Under the pieces are notes generated by a model. That model ran no database searches, was not told the DNA's origin, and was given only the letters and a program-made list of their open reading frames with translations. 64,000 bases of DNA from an uncultured Gemmatimonadales bacterium. Lineage in GTDB: Bacteria; Gemmatimonadota; Gemmatimonadetes; Gemmatimonadales; GWC2-71-9. Positions 23,670 through 33,705 of the stretch are shown piece after piece (within the stretch, counting starts at the first letter, position 1; each line of letters starts with the position of its first letter). The DNA is taken from NCBI GenBank assembly GCA_963730185.1, contig CAVSQW010000015.1, positions 672,001 through 736,000 on the forward strand, written 5' to 3'. Both the position numbers and the translations under genes were made by a program.

Positions 23670-24526
23670 CGTCCCTCCCGCCGGCGGCGGCCGAGGTGGA
23701 GGCTCTTGACCACGGAGTTGGAGTCGGGCGGCTCCACCGGAGGCGGCTCCTCCGAACCGATTGGATTCCGGTCGAGCAGGCTCAACACGGTACTGCGGGC
23801 GATGCCGAAGATCATGTAGACCAGGGCCAGGGGAAAGAGAAACGAGCTCGGGGCCAGGACCGCGCCGGCCAGAATACCGAGATAGACGAGCAGGCCGATC
23901 ACCCCGCCCAAGCTCCGGACCCCGATCCGGGGGCCCCGAGGGTACTTCACGTTGCTCACCATCAGCGCGGCCAACAGCAGCACCAGGACGGTCAGACCCT
24001 CGTGCTGGAGGTCGAAGTACGACAGCGAGGCCCGGTACCACGCCGTCTGGCTGAACGGGTAGTACATCGCGAGCGTCATCCCGGCCGCCGGTGAGGGAAG
24101 GCCGGTGAACCAGTTGGAGTGGGGCTTGCCGTGACTGGTGACGTTGTAGCGGGCCAGCCGGATCGCCGCCGCCACCACGAACAGATAGCAGACCACCCAG
24201 CCGAACTTGCCGGTATTGGCGAACTCCAGGAAGTAGATCACCAATGCCGGCGCGATCCCGAACGACAGCACGTCGACCAGCGAGTCGAGCTCGGCCCCGA
24301 ACCGGCTTCCGGTGTTCGACAGCCGGGCGATCCGGCCGTCGAGCATGTCGAGGATCCCCGCGAAGACGATGAAGAACCCGGCCCACTTGAAGTTGCCGTT
24401 GAAGGCCGAGACGATCGCCCAGAAGCCGAAGAACAGATTGGCGAGCGTGAAGAAGCTCGGCACCACCACCACGACCCGGCGGATTGGACCCCGCCGTTCC
24501 CGGTCCCGCGATTCCGTCAGGTCCAT
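23666..24526 (-). CDS. pssA: CDP-diacylglycerol--serine O-phosphatidyltransferase
   Basis: [18 protein letters not shown]...[12 protein letters not shown]-alcohol phosphotransferase motif, RLARYN, FTGLPSP; adjacent to psd. Confidence 0.92.
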   Translation of the reverse strand: MDLTESRDRERRGPIRRVVVVVPSFFTLANLFFGFWAIVSAFNGNFKWAGFFIVFAGILDMLDGRIARLSNTGSRFGAELDSLVDVLSFGIAPALVIYFLEFANTGKFGWVVCYLFVVAAAIRLARYNVTSHGKPHSNWFTGLPSPAAGMTLAMYYPFSQTAWYRASLSYFDLQHEGLTVLVLLLAALMVSNVKYPRGPRIGVRSLGGVIGLLVYLGILAGAVLAPSSFLFPLALVYMIFGIARSTVLSLLDRNPIGSEEPPPVEPPDSNSVVKSLHLGRRRREGR

Positions 24527-25143
24527 CGTGCCACCACCGTTTCTCCGGCCCGGGTCGTGGCGCCGGTCGCCACCGTCACGGTGGCGGTGGGCGGCAAGAA
24601 GAGATCGACCCGCGAACCGAACCGGATGAGGCCCAGCCGTTGGCCCTGCGCCACGTCGCGGCCGGGTTGATGATCGGTGACGATCCGCCGGGCCACGAGC
24701 CCGGCGATCTGCCGGATCAGCATCCGGCCCTGGGGCGCCTCGACGCCGATCGAGCACTGCTCGTTCTCGCGGCTGGCCTTCTCGGCCGCCGCGTTCACGA
24801 ACGATCCCGGCGTGTACTGTCGGTACCGCACCGTGCCGGCCGTCGGATACCGGTTCACGTGGACGCTGAACACGTTCATGAAGATCGACACCCGGGTGGC
24901 CGCCCCACCCAGGAAGTCCGGCTCGTCGATCGGGATCACGCTGACGACCTTCCCGTCGGCCGGGGCCAACACCAGGGTCTCGCCCCTGACTCGGTTCCTC
25001 GGCGGATCGCGGAAGAACGCCAGCACCCAGAGCGCGACCGGGGCCCAGATCAAGGCGGCGATCCACCAGCCGAGGCCGGCCAGGATCGCGAGGACGATCC
25101 CGGCCGCGGCGATGAACGGCCACCCTTCCCGGGCCACCGGCAT
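24517..25143 (-). CDS. psd: Phosphatidylserine decarboxylase proenzyme (short type)
   Basis: [41 protein letters not shown] cleavage motif. Confidence 0.94.
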   Translation of the reverse strand: MPVAREGWPFIAAAGIVLAILAGLGWWIAALIWAPVALWVLAFFRDPPRNRVRGETLVLAPADGKVVSVIPIDEPDFLGGAATRVSIFMNVFSVHVNRYPTAGTVRYRQYTPGSFVNAAAEKASRENEQCSIGVEAPQGRMLIRQIAGLVARRIVTDHQPGRDVAQGQRLGLIRFGSRVDLFLPPTATVTVATGATTRAGETVVARWT

Positions 25144-26063
25144 CAGCCGGGCCCCGGGAGGGGGGAGCCGGTGATCAGCCGGAACGCCTCGAGGTACCGT
25201 TTGCTGGTCGCCTCGACCACCTCGGGCGGCAGGGTCGGCGGCGGCGCGTCGCCGTTCCACTGGCCCTGGTCGCGAAGCCCCTGGAGGAAATCGCGGAGCG
25301 GCTGCTTGTCGAAGCTGGGCTGCGAGTGACCGGGCTCGTACCGGTCGGCCGGCCAGAAGCGGGACGAGTCGGGCGTCAGGATCTCGTCGATGACCCGGAC
25401 GGTGCCGTCGGGGTCGGTGCCGAACTCGAACTTGGTATCGGCGATGATGATGCCGCGCGACTTGGCGTGATCGCGGCCCGCGGTGTAGAGCGCCATGCTC
25501 CGGGCCTCGAGCTCGGTCGCGAACTCCGTCCCGAGTGCCCTGGCCACGTCGTCGGCGGTGACGTTCATGTCGTGCCCGACATCCGCCTTGGTCGCGGGCG
25601 AGAAGATCGGGGTGGGGAAGGGGTCGCTCTCCTTCATGCCGGCGGGCAGCGCCTCGCCGGCCAGGGTGCCGCCCTTCCGGTACTCCTTCCACGCCGACCC
25701 CGAGATGTAGCCCCGGATCACGCACTCGAAGGCGACCGGCGTGGTCCGCCGGACCAGCATCGCCCGGCCGGCGATCTGATCCCGGTGGTCGGCCAGGACC
25801 GGCACCTCGCGGGCGATCTCGTCGGCGTCGGCGGACAGGTAATGGGTGGGGCCGAGGTGGCCCAGCCGCTCGAACCAGAAGGCGCTGATCTGGGTGAGCA
25901 CGGCGCCCTTCCGCGGGATGGCCTCGTTCATCACCACGTCGAAGGCGCTCACCCGGTCGCTGGCGACCAGCAGGAGCCGCTCGGCGTCGACTTCGTAGAC
26001 CTCGCGCACCTTGCCGCGCCGGAGCAGGGCGAGCGGGAGGGAGCTGGCTTTGAGTGTGGTCAT
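25143..26063 (-). CDS. purC: SAICAR synthetase
   Basis: [40 protein letters not shown]. Confidence 0.96.
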   Translation of the reverse strand: MTTLKASSLPLALLRRGKVREVYEVDAERLLLVASDRVSAFDVVMNEAIPRKGAVLTQISAFWFERLGHLGPTHYLSADADEIAREVPVLADHRDQIAGRAMLVRRTTPVAFECVIRGYISGSAWKEYRKGGTLAGEALPAGMKESDPFPTPIFSPATKADVGHDMNVTADDVARALGTEFATELEARSMALYTAGRDHAKSRGIIIADTKFEFGTDPDGTVRVIDEILTPDSSRFWPADRYEPGHSQPSFDKQPLRDFLQGLRDQGQWNGDAPPPTLPPEVVEATSKRYLEAFRLITGSPLPGPG

Positions 26064-27499
26064 ACGTTCACCTCCGCCGTGGGGGCCACCGCGGCGACGT
26101 CGGCGGCCTGGACGATCAGGGGCTCGAGAAACTCGGCCAGGAATTCCCGGACCTGGGCCGGCGCCCGGCCCACGTAGAGGGCCGGATCGAGCTCGGCCCG
26201 GAGTTGCTCCGCCGGCACACCCTGGAATTCGGGGGCGACGGCGAGCCGGTCCAGGAGGTCGTTGGATCCACCTTCACTCACCTGCTCGGCGACCGCGTGG
26301 CTGGCCTGCCGGATCACCTCGTGCAGGACCTGCCGATCGCCGCCCCGCTCGACCCCGAGCATCATCCAGCGCTCGGTGGCCATGAACGGCATCTGCTCGG
26401 CGACGTGCCGGGCGATGACCGCCTCGCGGACCTCGAGGCCGGCCACGATGTTGGTTGCCAGGATCAGGACCGCGTCGGTGGCCAGGAACGCCTCGGGGAG
26501 CGTGAGCCGCCGGTTGGCGCTGTCGTCCAGGGTGCGCTCGAGCCACTGGGTCGCGGCCGTATTGGCGGTGTTGGCGGCCAGCGAGATGACGAACCGGGCC
26601 AAGGCGTTGACCCGCTCCGCCCGCATCGGGTTCCGCTTGTAGGCCATGGCGCTCGAGCCGATCTGGTCGGACTCGAACGGCTCCAGCAGCTCGCCTTCGT
26701 GCTGGAGCAGCCGGAGGTCGGACGCCATCTTGGACGCCGACTGGCTGATCCCGCTGAGGAGATCGAGCACCATGCTGTCGGCTTTGCGGCTGTAGGTCTG
26801 CCCGGTCACCGGAAAGGCGCCGGCGAAGCCCATCTTTTGGGTCACGATCCGGTCCAGGTCACGGACCTTGCCGTGGTCGCCCTTGAAGAGCTCGTAGAAC
26901 GAGGCCTGGGTCCCGGTCGTGCCTTTGCAGCCGCGGAACCGCATCGTGGCCAGGTGATGGAGCAGCGAGGTCGTGTCGAGCGCGAAGTCCTGGGCCCAGA
27001 GCGTGGCCCGCTTGCCGACGGTGGTGAGCTGGGCCGGCTGAAAGTGGGTGTACGCCAGGCACGGCAGATTCGCCTGCTTCTGGGCGAACGCGGCCAGCGA
27101 GCGGAGCAGCGCCACCAGCCGTCCCAGGACCAGCCGGAGGCCGTCGCGGATGATCAGCAGGTCGGCGTTGTCGGTGACGAACGCGCTGGTCGCGCCCAGG
27201 TGGAGGAACGGCCGGGCGGTGGGAGCCTGATCGCCCAGGGCGTGGACGTGGGCCATCACGTCGTGGCGGAACCGGCGCTCGTACTGGGCTGCCACGGCGA
27301 AGTCGCAGTCGTCGAGATGGGCGCGGAGCTCGGCCAGCGCGGCGTCGGGAATGTCGATCCCGAGCTCGCGCTCCGACTCGGCCAGGGCCAGCCAGAGCCG
27401 GCGCCACAGCCCGATCCGGTGGGGGGCGCCCCAGAGGCGCTGCATCGCCGGGGAGGCATACCGCCCGCCCAGCGGGGACTGATAGAGGGGCTCGGTCAT
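26060..27499 (-). CDS. purB: Adenylosuccinate lyase (long type)
   Basis: [42 protein letters not shown]. Confidence 0.96.
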   Translation of the reverse strand: MTEPLYQSPLGGRYASPAMQRLWGAPHRIGLWRRLWLALAESERELGIDIPDAALAELRAHLDDCDFAVAAQYERRFRHDVMAHVHALGDQAPTARPFLHLGATSAFVTDNADLLIIRDGLRLVLGRLVALLRSLAAFAQKQANLPCLAYTHFQPAQLTTVGKRATLWAQDFALDTTSLLHHLATMRFRGCKGTTGTQASFYELFKGDHGKVRDLDRIVTQKMGFAGAFPVTGQTYSRKADSMVLDLLSGISQSASKMASDLRLLQHEGELLEPFESDQIGSSAMAYKRNPMRAERVNALARFVISLAANTANTAATQWLERTLDDSANRRLTLPEAFLATDAVLILATNIVAGLEVREAVIARHVAEQMPFMATERWMMLGVERGGDRQVLHEVIRQASHAVAEQVSEGGSNDLLDRLAVAPEFQGVPAEQLRAELDPALYVGRAPAQVREFLAEFLEPLIVQAADVAAVAPTAEVNV

Positions 27500-28929
27500 C
27501 GGAACTGGAGCTCGGTGAAGACCATGGAGCCCTGCCGCTCGAAGGTGATCCGGAAGACCTGCCCGGAGCGCATGCTCTCGAGCAGGCTCGCCACCTGAGC
27601 GGCCGAGGTCACGGCCGTGCGGTTGATGAAAAGGATGACGTCGCCTTCCTGAAGACCGGTGGCGCGTTGCACCTCGTCCGTGATCCGGTAGACCAGGGCA
27701 CCTCGATCGGCCCGGAGATTTCGCTCCGCCTGGACGCTCGGATCGACGGAGACCAGATCGAGGCCTTTGAGCACGGAGACCCGGGCGGCCGTGACGGTCG
27801 GCAGGTCGCCGGTCACGACCCGGAGGGTCCGGGTGCCGGCGCCCTGCTTGATCCGGAGCTGCACCGCGTCGCCGACGTGGAGGTCGAGCTTCACGGCCTC
27901 CCAGTCGAGGTAGTTCCGGAGCCGGCGGCCGTTCGCTTCGACCAGGATCATGCCCTGGCGCACCCCGGCCTTGCCGGCGGGGCCGTCCGGGGCCACCCGG
28001 GTCACCGCCACGCCGCCCTGGCTCTTCCAGTCGCGCATGGCGCCGGCACCGGCCACTTCGAGACCGGTCCAGGCCCGTCGCACCTCGCCCTGCTTGACGA
28101 TCTCGCCCGCCACCCGCACGGCCCGCTCGATCGGGATCGCGAATCCGATTCCGACCGACCCCCCGGAGCTGGTGAAGATGAACGAGTTGACGCCGACGAC
28201 CTCGCCCAGCGCGTTGGTGAGCGGTCCGCCCGAGTTGCCGGGATTGATGGCCGCGTCGGTCTGGATCATGTCCAGGTAGAGGCCGGACTGGTTGCTGCTG
28301 GGCAGCACGTTCCGGCCGGTCGCGCTCACCACCCCGGCGGTGACCGTGGGTTCGGAGTTCCCGAGCAGATAGGTGTATGGGTTCCCGAGGGCGATCACCC
28401 ACTCGCCGATCATCAGGTCGGCGCTCTTGCCGATCGGCGCCGCGGGGATGTCGTGGTCGACCTTGAGCACCGCGATGTCGGTCAGCGGGTCCTCGCCCAG
28501 CAGCGTGGCGTGGTAGTCGGTACCGTCGAGGGTCGAGACGGTGATGCTGTCGGCGCCCTCGGTGCAGTGCTGATTGGTGAGGATGATGCCGTCGGCCCGG
28601 ATCGCGAACCCGGTGCAGTAGCCCTGGACCACCTGCTCGGTGGTCTGGGGCGTGAAGAAGGCGAAGGGATCGAACGGGTCGCGTCCCTGGACCCGGCGCC
28701 GGGAGAGGATACTGATCGATACCACCGAGGGCGACACCCGGGCGGCGGCGTCGACGATGGCGGTCCGGCGAGAGGCGTCGACGGCGGACGAGGCCGCCGG
28801 ATGAGTCGGGGGATCGGAGGGCGTCTGGCCGGCCAGCATCGGCGGCTCCCCCGAGGGTGCGCCGCAGGCAACCAGGAGCGCCGCCAGGGAGGCGGTGACG
28901 ATCAGGCGGTTTCGGGAGACGTGAACCAT
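27496..28929 (-). CDS. HtrA/DegP-family serine protease with two PDZ domains, predicted lipoprotein
   Basis: Lipobox LVAC, TNQH, DIAVLK, IQTDAAINPGNSGGPL, two PDZ-like C-terminal repeats. Confidence 0.92.
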   Translation of the reverse strand: MVHVSRNRLIVTASLAALLVACGAPSGEPPMLAGQTPSDPPTHPAASSAVDASRRTAIVDAAARVSPSVVSISILSRRRVQGRDPFDPFAFFTPQTTEQVVQGYCTGFAIRADGIILTNQHCTEGADSITVSTLDGTDYHATLLGEDPLTDIAVLKVDHDIPAAPIGKSADLMIGEWVIALGNPYTYLLGNSEPTVTAGVVSATGRNVLPSSNQSGLYLDMIQTDAAINPGNSGGPLTNALGEVVGVNSFIFTSSGGSVGIGFAIPIERAVRVAGEIVKQGEVRRAWTGLEVAGAGAMRDWKSQGGVAVTRVAPDGPAGKAGVRQGMILVEANGRRLRNYLDWEAVKLDLHVGDAVQLRIKQGAGTRTLRVVTGDLPTVTAARVSVLKGLDLVSVDPSVQAERNLRADRGALVYRITDEVQRATGLQEGDVILFINRTAVTSAAQVASLLESMRSGQVFRITFERQGSMVFTELQFR

Positions 28930-29681
28930 GACTCGGGGTACACCACCTTCATGAAATAGAGTCCCTGGGGCGGAGCCGGTGCGCTGGCCCGGACCAGCGG
29001 GTCGCGGGCCAGCAGCCGCTCCACGTCCTCCACCGGCCGGCGGCCGGCCGCGACGTCGACCATCGTGGCCACCAGGATTCGCACCATATGGTGCAGGAAC
29101 CGGTTGGCCGCCACCTCGAACGCGAACCCCGTTCCGTCGGGGCGGAACGTCCACCGGGCCCGTCGGACGTCGCAGCGGGTGTGCGGCTTGGTCGCGATCT
29201 TGACCGCAAACGCCCCGAAATCGTGCTCGCCCACCAGCGCCGCCGCCGCCCGGTCCAGGAGCGCAGGCTCGAGCGCTCCCGCGCGGGCCCACTCGAACGG
29301 CCGTCGGAACGGCGACCGGGCCTCGCCGTCGGTGCCGAGCCGGTACCGATACTGCCGCTCCATGGCGCTCTTTCGGGCGTGGAACCCGCTTCGGGCCTCG
29401 CGAATCGCGAGGACGAAGCAGTCACCCGGTAGGAGCGCGTTCAGGGCCCGCTCTAACGCGTCCGGGGTCCAGCGGTCGCTCAGGGTGAAGCTCACCCCAA
29501 GCCCCAGCGCGTGGACCCCGGCGTCGGTCCGTCCCGCGGCGTGCACGCGCACCGGTTGGCCCGCGAGCCGTGCGAGGACGGTTTCGACTTCCTGTTGCAC
29601 CGTGCGACCTTCTCGCTGCCGCTGCCAGCCGAGAAACCGGGTTCCATCGAACTGGAGCGTCGCGAGAAACGTCCGCGGCAT
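28902..29681 (-). CDS. truA: tRNA pseudouridine(38-40) synthase TruA
   Basis: FDGTRFLGWQ, AGRTDAGVHA, FHAR, FLHHMVR, APPQGL. Confidence 0.95.
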   Translation of the reverse strand: MPRTFLATLQFDGTRFLGWQRQREGRTVQQEVETVLARLAGQPVRVHAAGRTDAGVHALGLGVSFTLSDRWTPDALERALNALLPGDCFVLAIREARSGFHARKSAMERQYRYRLGTDGEARSPFRRPFEWARAGALEPALLDRAAAALVGEHDFGAFAVKIATKPHTRCDVRRARWTFRPDGTGFAFEVAANRFLHHMVRILVATMVDVAAGRRPVEDVERLLARDPLVRASAPAPPQGLYFMKVVYPESWFTSPETA

Positions 29682-29689
29682 GATGGGTA

Positions 29690-29718
29690 AATCTAGCCGC
29701 GGCGAGAGGGGGGATCAA
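29690..29718 (-). promoter_or_regulatory. Sigma70-type promoter of truA
   Basis: TTGATC - 17 nt - TAGATT, 8 nt before ATG. Confidence 0.6.
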
Positions 29719-29730
29719 GCAAGAAACCGC

Positions 29731-30342
29731 TTATTGATACCGCCTGATGACGCCCACCACGACACCCTGAATCAGGAGCTCGTTCTCGGGGAAGCGGAGG
29801 GGTTGCATGGAGGCATTGGCGGGCTGCAGCCGGACCCAGCCGCCGGGCTCGCGGAAGTACCGTTTGACCGTGGCATCGGCCCCGTTGACCAGGGCGATGA
29901 CCATCTCGCCGTTGTCGGCGGTCTGGCGCCCGTGGACCACGACCAGGTCACCGTCGAGGATGTGGTCGTCGATCATCGAGTCGCCCCGGACCCGGAGCGC
30001 GTAGTTCGGGCCCTGGCGCGGCAGCATCTGGTCGGGCACCTGGATGGACTCTCCGTGGAGCACCGATTCGATCGGGGCCCCGGCGGCCACCAGGCCCAGG
30101 AGGGGGATCTCGGAGGCACCGGCCGTGCCCTTCGGGGGCAAGACCTCGATCGACCGGCTCTCGTTGTACGAGCGCCGGATGTAGCCTTTCCGCTCGAGGT
30201 TGCTCAGGTGCTCGTGCACGGTGGCCAGCGACTGAAACGAAAAGTGCTCGGCGATCTCCTCGAAGCTCGGCGCGTAGCCACGGTCGCCGATGTGGGCCTC
30301 GAGGAAGGTGAGGATTTCGCGCTGACGGCGGGTGAGGGCCAT
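29731..30342 (-). CDS. lexA: SOS repressor LexA
   Basis: N-terminal wHTH (LTRRQ..GYAPS), VAAG cleavage site, GDSM catalytic Ser, TVK catalytic Lys. Confidence 0.96.
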   Translation of the reverse strand: MALTRRQREILTFLEAHIGDRGYAPSFEEIAEHFSFQSLATVHEHLSNLERKGYIRRSYNESRSIEVLPPKGTAGASEIPLLGLVAAGAPIESVLHGESIQVPDQMLPRQGPNYALRVRGDSMIDDHILDGDLVVVHGRQTADNGEMVIALVNGADATVKRYFREPGGWVRLQPANASMQPLRFPENELLIQGVVVGVIRRYQ

Positions 30343-30363
30343 GATGAGGACGCTCCGCTGGGG

Positions 30364-30411
30364 CCGAACAAGTACCGAACCGGTTCAAGCTACCCGAACA
30401 TGGCCCGAACC
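30364..30411 (-). promoter_or_regulatory. Two candidate LexA operators, CCGAACA-N4-CCGAACC (plus-strand reading)
   Basis: CCGAACAagtaCCGAACC at 30364-30381 and CCGAACAtggcCCGAACC at 30394-30411, directly upstream of lexA. Confidence 0.75.
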
Positions 30412-30415
30412 GCAA
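30387..30415 (-). promoter_or_regulatory. Sigma70-type promoter of lexA
   Basis: TTGCGG - 17 nt - TAGCTT on minus strand. Confidence 0.65.
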
Positions 30416-30558
30416 GCTGGAGGTCGTTGCGGGCATGGAACTTGGAGGAGACTCCGCCGAAAGGACCGGATTATCTTGGAAATCGCACGACCTCACCTTC
30501 GCGGCTGGCAATTCGGTTTCCACCAGTTCGGGCTCTACCGGGGGGCAGACCCGCGCAC

Positions 30559-32244
30559 ATGATCTCCGACTCGGCTCTCGAACTTCCCGCTCAGCAGGTC
30601 GAGGAGCTGATCCGCACCGTCGTCAAGGCGTTGCGGGCGTTTCAGATGTACCTGCCCAACAACCCGGTCTACCAGCGGTCGGTCGACAGCTTGCGGGGCG
30701 CTTTCAACCCGATCTGGTCGGCCGTGCCCGACCTGACGCTGACGGTGGTGGAGACCGACCTCCTCTGGAACGACCAGGTCGTGTATCACCAGCCGGCCAA
30801 GTCGGAGAGCTTCGCCTGGATGCTCTACAAGGACGGCCTCCGGCACCTGACCCTCCGGCCCGGGGTGGAGGACGAAGAGGTCATCAAGTTCCTCCAGACC
30901 GTGGTCCAGGCTCGGCTGTTGGCCGCCGATGCCGGCGACGATCTCCTGACCCTTCTTTGGGAGCACGACTTTCTGTTCCTGGACTATCGCTTCGCCGAGA
31001 TCATCACCGACACGCTGGCGGTGCTCGATCCCCAGGCGGTGGAGATGGGCGCCGGTCCCGATCCCTATCGCCAGGCCGAGACTCAGCAGAAGATCCGTGA
31101 GGAGCTGGGTCGGTTCAGCCCCGGCATGGTCGACGTCGACGACTTCGATTCGACGCTGTACTTCCTCGACGAAAACGAGATCAACGCCCTCAAGCAGCAG
31201 GTGGACCACGAGTACACCCGGGACATCAGGGTCTCGGCCCTGGCCGCGCTGCTCGACATCTTCGAGCTCCAGCCGACCACGGCCGTCCGGGAAGAGGTGA
31301 TCGGCATCCTGGAGTCGATCTTCCCGACCATGCTCACCCGGGGCGAGTTCCGGCTGGTCGCCTGGCTGCTCCGGGAGCTGCGCCTGATCGGAAGCCGGGT
31401 GGCCCTGATCGACGACGCCGTCCGGTCCAAGCTCGACTCGTTCGAGCTCCGGCTGAGTGAGCCCGCCATTCTGGGCCAAATGCTCCAGGTGGTGGAGGAG
31501 GCCGCCGGCATCGCCAACGACGACGACCTGGCTGAGCTGCTGAAGGAGCTTCGGGTTCCGGCGCTGGAACCGCTCCTGGTCCACTTGGGCCAGGTCCGGG
31601 CCGACCGAGTCCGGACCATTCTGGAGGAGGCGGCCGACCGAATCGTACGGGGGCACATCGACGAGGTGACTCGGATCCTCCGGGATCGGGAGTCGAAGGC
31701 GCTGCCCGAGGCGATCCGGGTCTGCCGGCGGCTGGGGCTCCAGCCGGTGGTCGCTCCGCTCGGCGATCTGGTCGGCCACCCGGAAGCCGAGGTCCGTCTT
31801 GCCGCCGTGGAGACCCTTGGGGCGCTCGGCACGCCCGGCGCGTTGTCGCTCCTGGAGCGCGGTCTCGACGACGAGGAGCACCGGGTCCGGCTGGCGGCCG
31901 TGAACATCGTGGCCCAGCGGGGCTACAAGGGCGCGCTCAAGCGGCTCGAGGCAGTGGTGCTGGGCAAGGGGCCCCGCGAGCTCGAGCGGGCGGAGCGACG
32001 CCAGTTCTTCGAGGCCTACGCCGCGGTGGCCGGCCCGAACGGGCTGGAGCTGCTGGCCGACATTCTGGAGCCCAAGGGCTTCTTCCGCCGGAAGGAGTCG
32101 GCCGACACCCGGACCTGCGCCGCCTACGCGGTCGCCCGGATCCATGACGGCGCGGCTCGCGAGGTGCTCGAGCGCGCGGCCCAGGACAAGGAGCTCCCGG
32201 TTCGGAACGCCGCCTCGCGGGCGCTCCGGGAGTGGGACGAATGA
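30559..32244 (+). CDS. HEAT/PBS-lyase repeat protein with unnamed N-terminal domain
   Basis: C-terminal repeats (EVRLAAVETLG, RVRLAAVNIV, TRTCAAYAVA, PVRNAASRAL); acidic helical N-terminal half; ATG at 30559. Confidence 0.8.
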   Translation: MISDSALELPAQQVEELIRTVVKALRAFQMYLPNNPVYQRSVDSLRGAFNPIWSAVPDLTLTVVETDLLWNDQVVYHQPAKSESFAWMLYKDGLRHLTLRPGVEDEEVIKFLQTVVQARLLAADAGDDLLTLLWEHDFLFLDYRFAEIITDTLAVLDPQAVEMGAGPDPYRQAETQQKIREELGRFSPGMVDVDDFDSTLYFLDENEINALKQQVDHEYTRDIRVSALAALLDIFELQPTTAVREEVIGILESIFPTMLTRGEFRLVAWLLRELRLIGSRVALIDDAVRSKLDSFELRLSEPAILGQMLQVVEEAAGIANDDDLAELLKELRVPALEPLLVHLGQVRADRVRTILEEAADRIVRGHIDEVTRILRDRESKALPEAIRVCRRLGLQPVVAPLGDLVGHPEAEVRLAAVETLGALGTPGALSLLERGLDDEEHRVRLAAVNIVAQRGYKGALKRLEAVVLGKGPRELERAERRQFFEAYAAVAGPNGLELLADILEPKGFFRRKESADTRTCAAYAVARIHDGAAREVLERAAQDKELPVRNAASRALREWDE

Positions 32245-33692
32245 GCGACGAGCTCCACACCACCGGCGACGAAGGCTTCATCCGGACCGCGGCCCGGAGC
32301 CTGCTCGTGGCGTTCCACACCGCGCTCCGGGCGCTCAAGCTCTATCCGGTCGAGAACGCCACGGTCCAGAAGGCGCTGGACGAGCTCCAGAGCGCGTCGG
32401 TCGGCTTTCTGGCCTCGCAGCAGGAGATCGAGCTCCGGCTCTCGGGCGACTTCCTCTTCCTGAACGGCGTCCGGCTCCGGCTCGAGCTCGACAACTTCGC
32501 CGCCTTCAGCGGCGTGCTCTCCATGCTTCGGGCGTTCGACATCGGTGTGTTCCGGGTGCTCGGGCCGATCGAGCGCCGGGAGTGGCTCGCGTTCCTGAGC
32601 CTGATGCTCCGGCTGGCCGATCAGCAGTCGCCGGACGACCGGTTCGTGGCGTTGGTGGAGCAGATGGCCGACGCCAACCTCCCCAGCATCCACATCGAGC
32701 CGGCCGCCGAGACCGCCGAGGACATGGGGGGCGAGGAGGAGGCCAAGGAAGTCGCCAAGCGGACCTACGCCCAGGGCGTGGCCGTGACCAAGGAAGTGGT
32801 GAACTCGGTCCGGATGGGGCGGACCTCGAGTCTCAAGAAGGTCAAGCGCGCGGTCCAGCTGATCGTCGACCAGGTCCTCAACAACGAGACCTCGATCATC
32901 GGCCTCACCACCCTGCGCGACTACGACGAGTACACCTTCATGCACTCGGTCAACGTGTGCATCTTCACGGTGGCGCTGGGTCGGAAGATCGGCTTCTCCA
33001 AGCTCCAGCTCTACGACCTGGGGATGACCGCCTTGCTCCATGACATCGGGAAGGCCCGGGTGCCGATCGACGTCATCAACAAGACCGGCGGCCTGACCGA
33101 CGACGAGTGGCGGGTGGTGCAGGCCCATCCGTGGCGGGGGGCGATGACGCTGTTCAGCCTGCGGGGCTACGACGAGATTCCCTACCGGTCGATTCTGGTG
33201 GCGCACGAGCACCATATGAAGACCGACCTGACCGGGTATCCTCGTCACATCCGGCCCCGGGAGCTCGCGCTCTTTTCCCGGATCGTCGCCGTGGCCGACG
33301 GCTTCGACGCGGCCACCACCCGCCGGAGCTACCAGACCGTGCCGATCGAGCCGGACCAGGTGCTCAAGGAGATGTGGGGCAACCCCAAGCGGGGCTACGA
33401 CCCGGTGATCGTGAAGGCGCTGATCAACCTGATCGGCGTCTACCCGGTGGGCACCTGCGTCATTCTCGACACCCTCGAGGTCGCGATCGTCGCGTCGACG
33501 GTGAGCGACCGGGACATGCTCAACCGTCCCCTGGTCCGGATCGCGATCGACGCCGACGGCTCGGCCCTGCCGCCCCCGGGGGTTCCGGTCGATCTCCAGG
33601 AGCAGGGGGGCGACGGCCACTTCGCCCGCTCGATCGTCAAGGTTACGAGCCCCGACCGCTACGGGCTGGTGGCCGGCGATTTCTTCCTGTGA
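32241..33692 (+). CDS. HD-GYP domain phosphodiesterase
   Basis: [45 protein letters not shown] overlap with HEAT gene. Confidence 0.9.
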   Translation: MSDELHTTGDEGFIRTAARSLLVAFHTALRALKLYPVENATVQKALDELQSASVGFLASQQEIELRLSGDFLFLNGVRLRLELDNFAAFSGVLSMLRAFDIGVFRVLGPIERREWLAFLSLMLRLADQQSPDDRFVALVEQMADANLPSIHIEPAAETAEDMGGEEEAKEVAKRTYAQGVAVTKEVVNSVRMGRTSSLKKVKRAVQLIVDQVLNNETSIIGLTTLRDYDEYTFMHSVNVCIFTVALGRKIGFSKLQLYDLGMTALLHDIGKARVPIDVINKTGGLTDDEWRVVQAHPWRGAMTLFSLRGYDEIPYRSILVAHEHHMKTDLTGYPRHIRPRELALFSRIVAVADGFDAATTRRSYQTVPIEPDQVLKEMWGNPKRGYDPVIVKALINLIGVYPVGTCVILDTLEVAIVASTVSDRDMLNRPLVRIAIDADGSALPPPGVPVDLQEQGGDGHFARSIVKVTSPDRYGLVAGDFFL

Positions 33693-33705
33693 GCCACCGG
33701 CCGGC

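Noticed and set aside
30377..30386. Palindrome GAACCGGTTC as a Gram-positive-type LexA box
   Set aside because: Spacer is 2 nt rather than 4 and it occurs once; the duplicated direct repeat explains the region better
29065..30558. Apparent 1059-aa protein extending the HEAT gene upstream
   Set aside because: The extension is antisense to truA and lexA; plausible protein begins at ATG 30559
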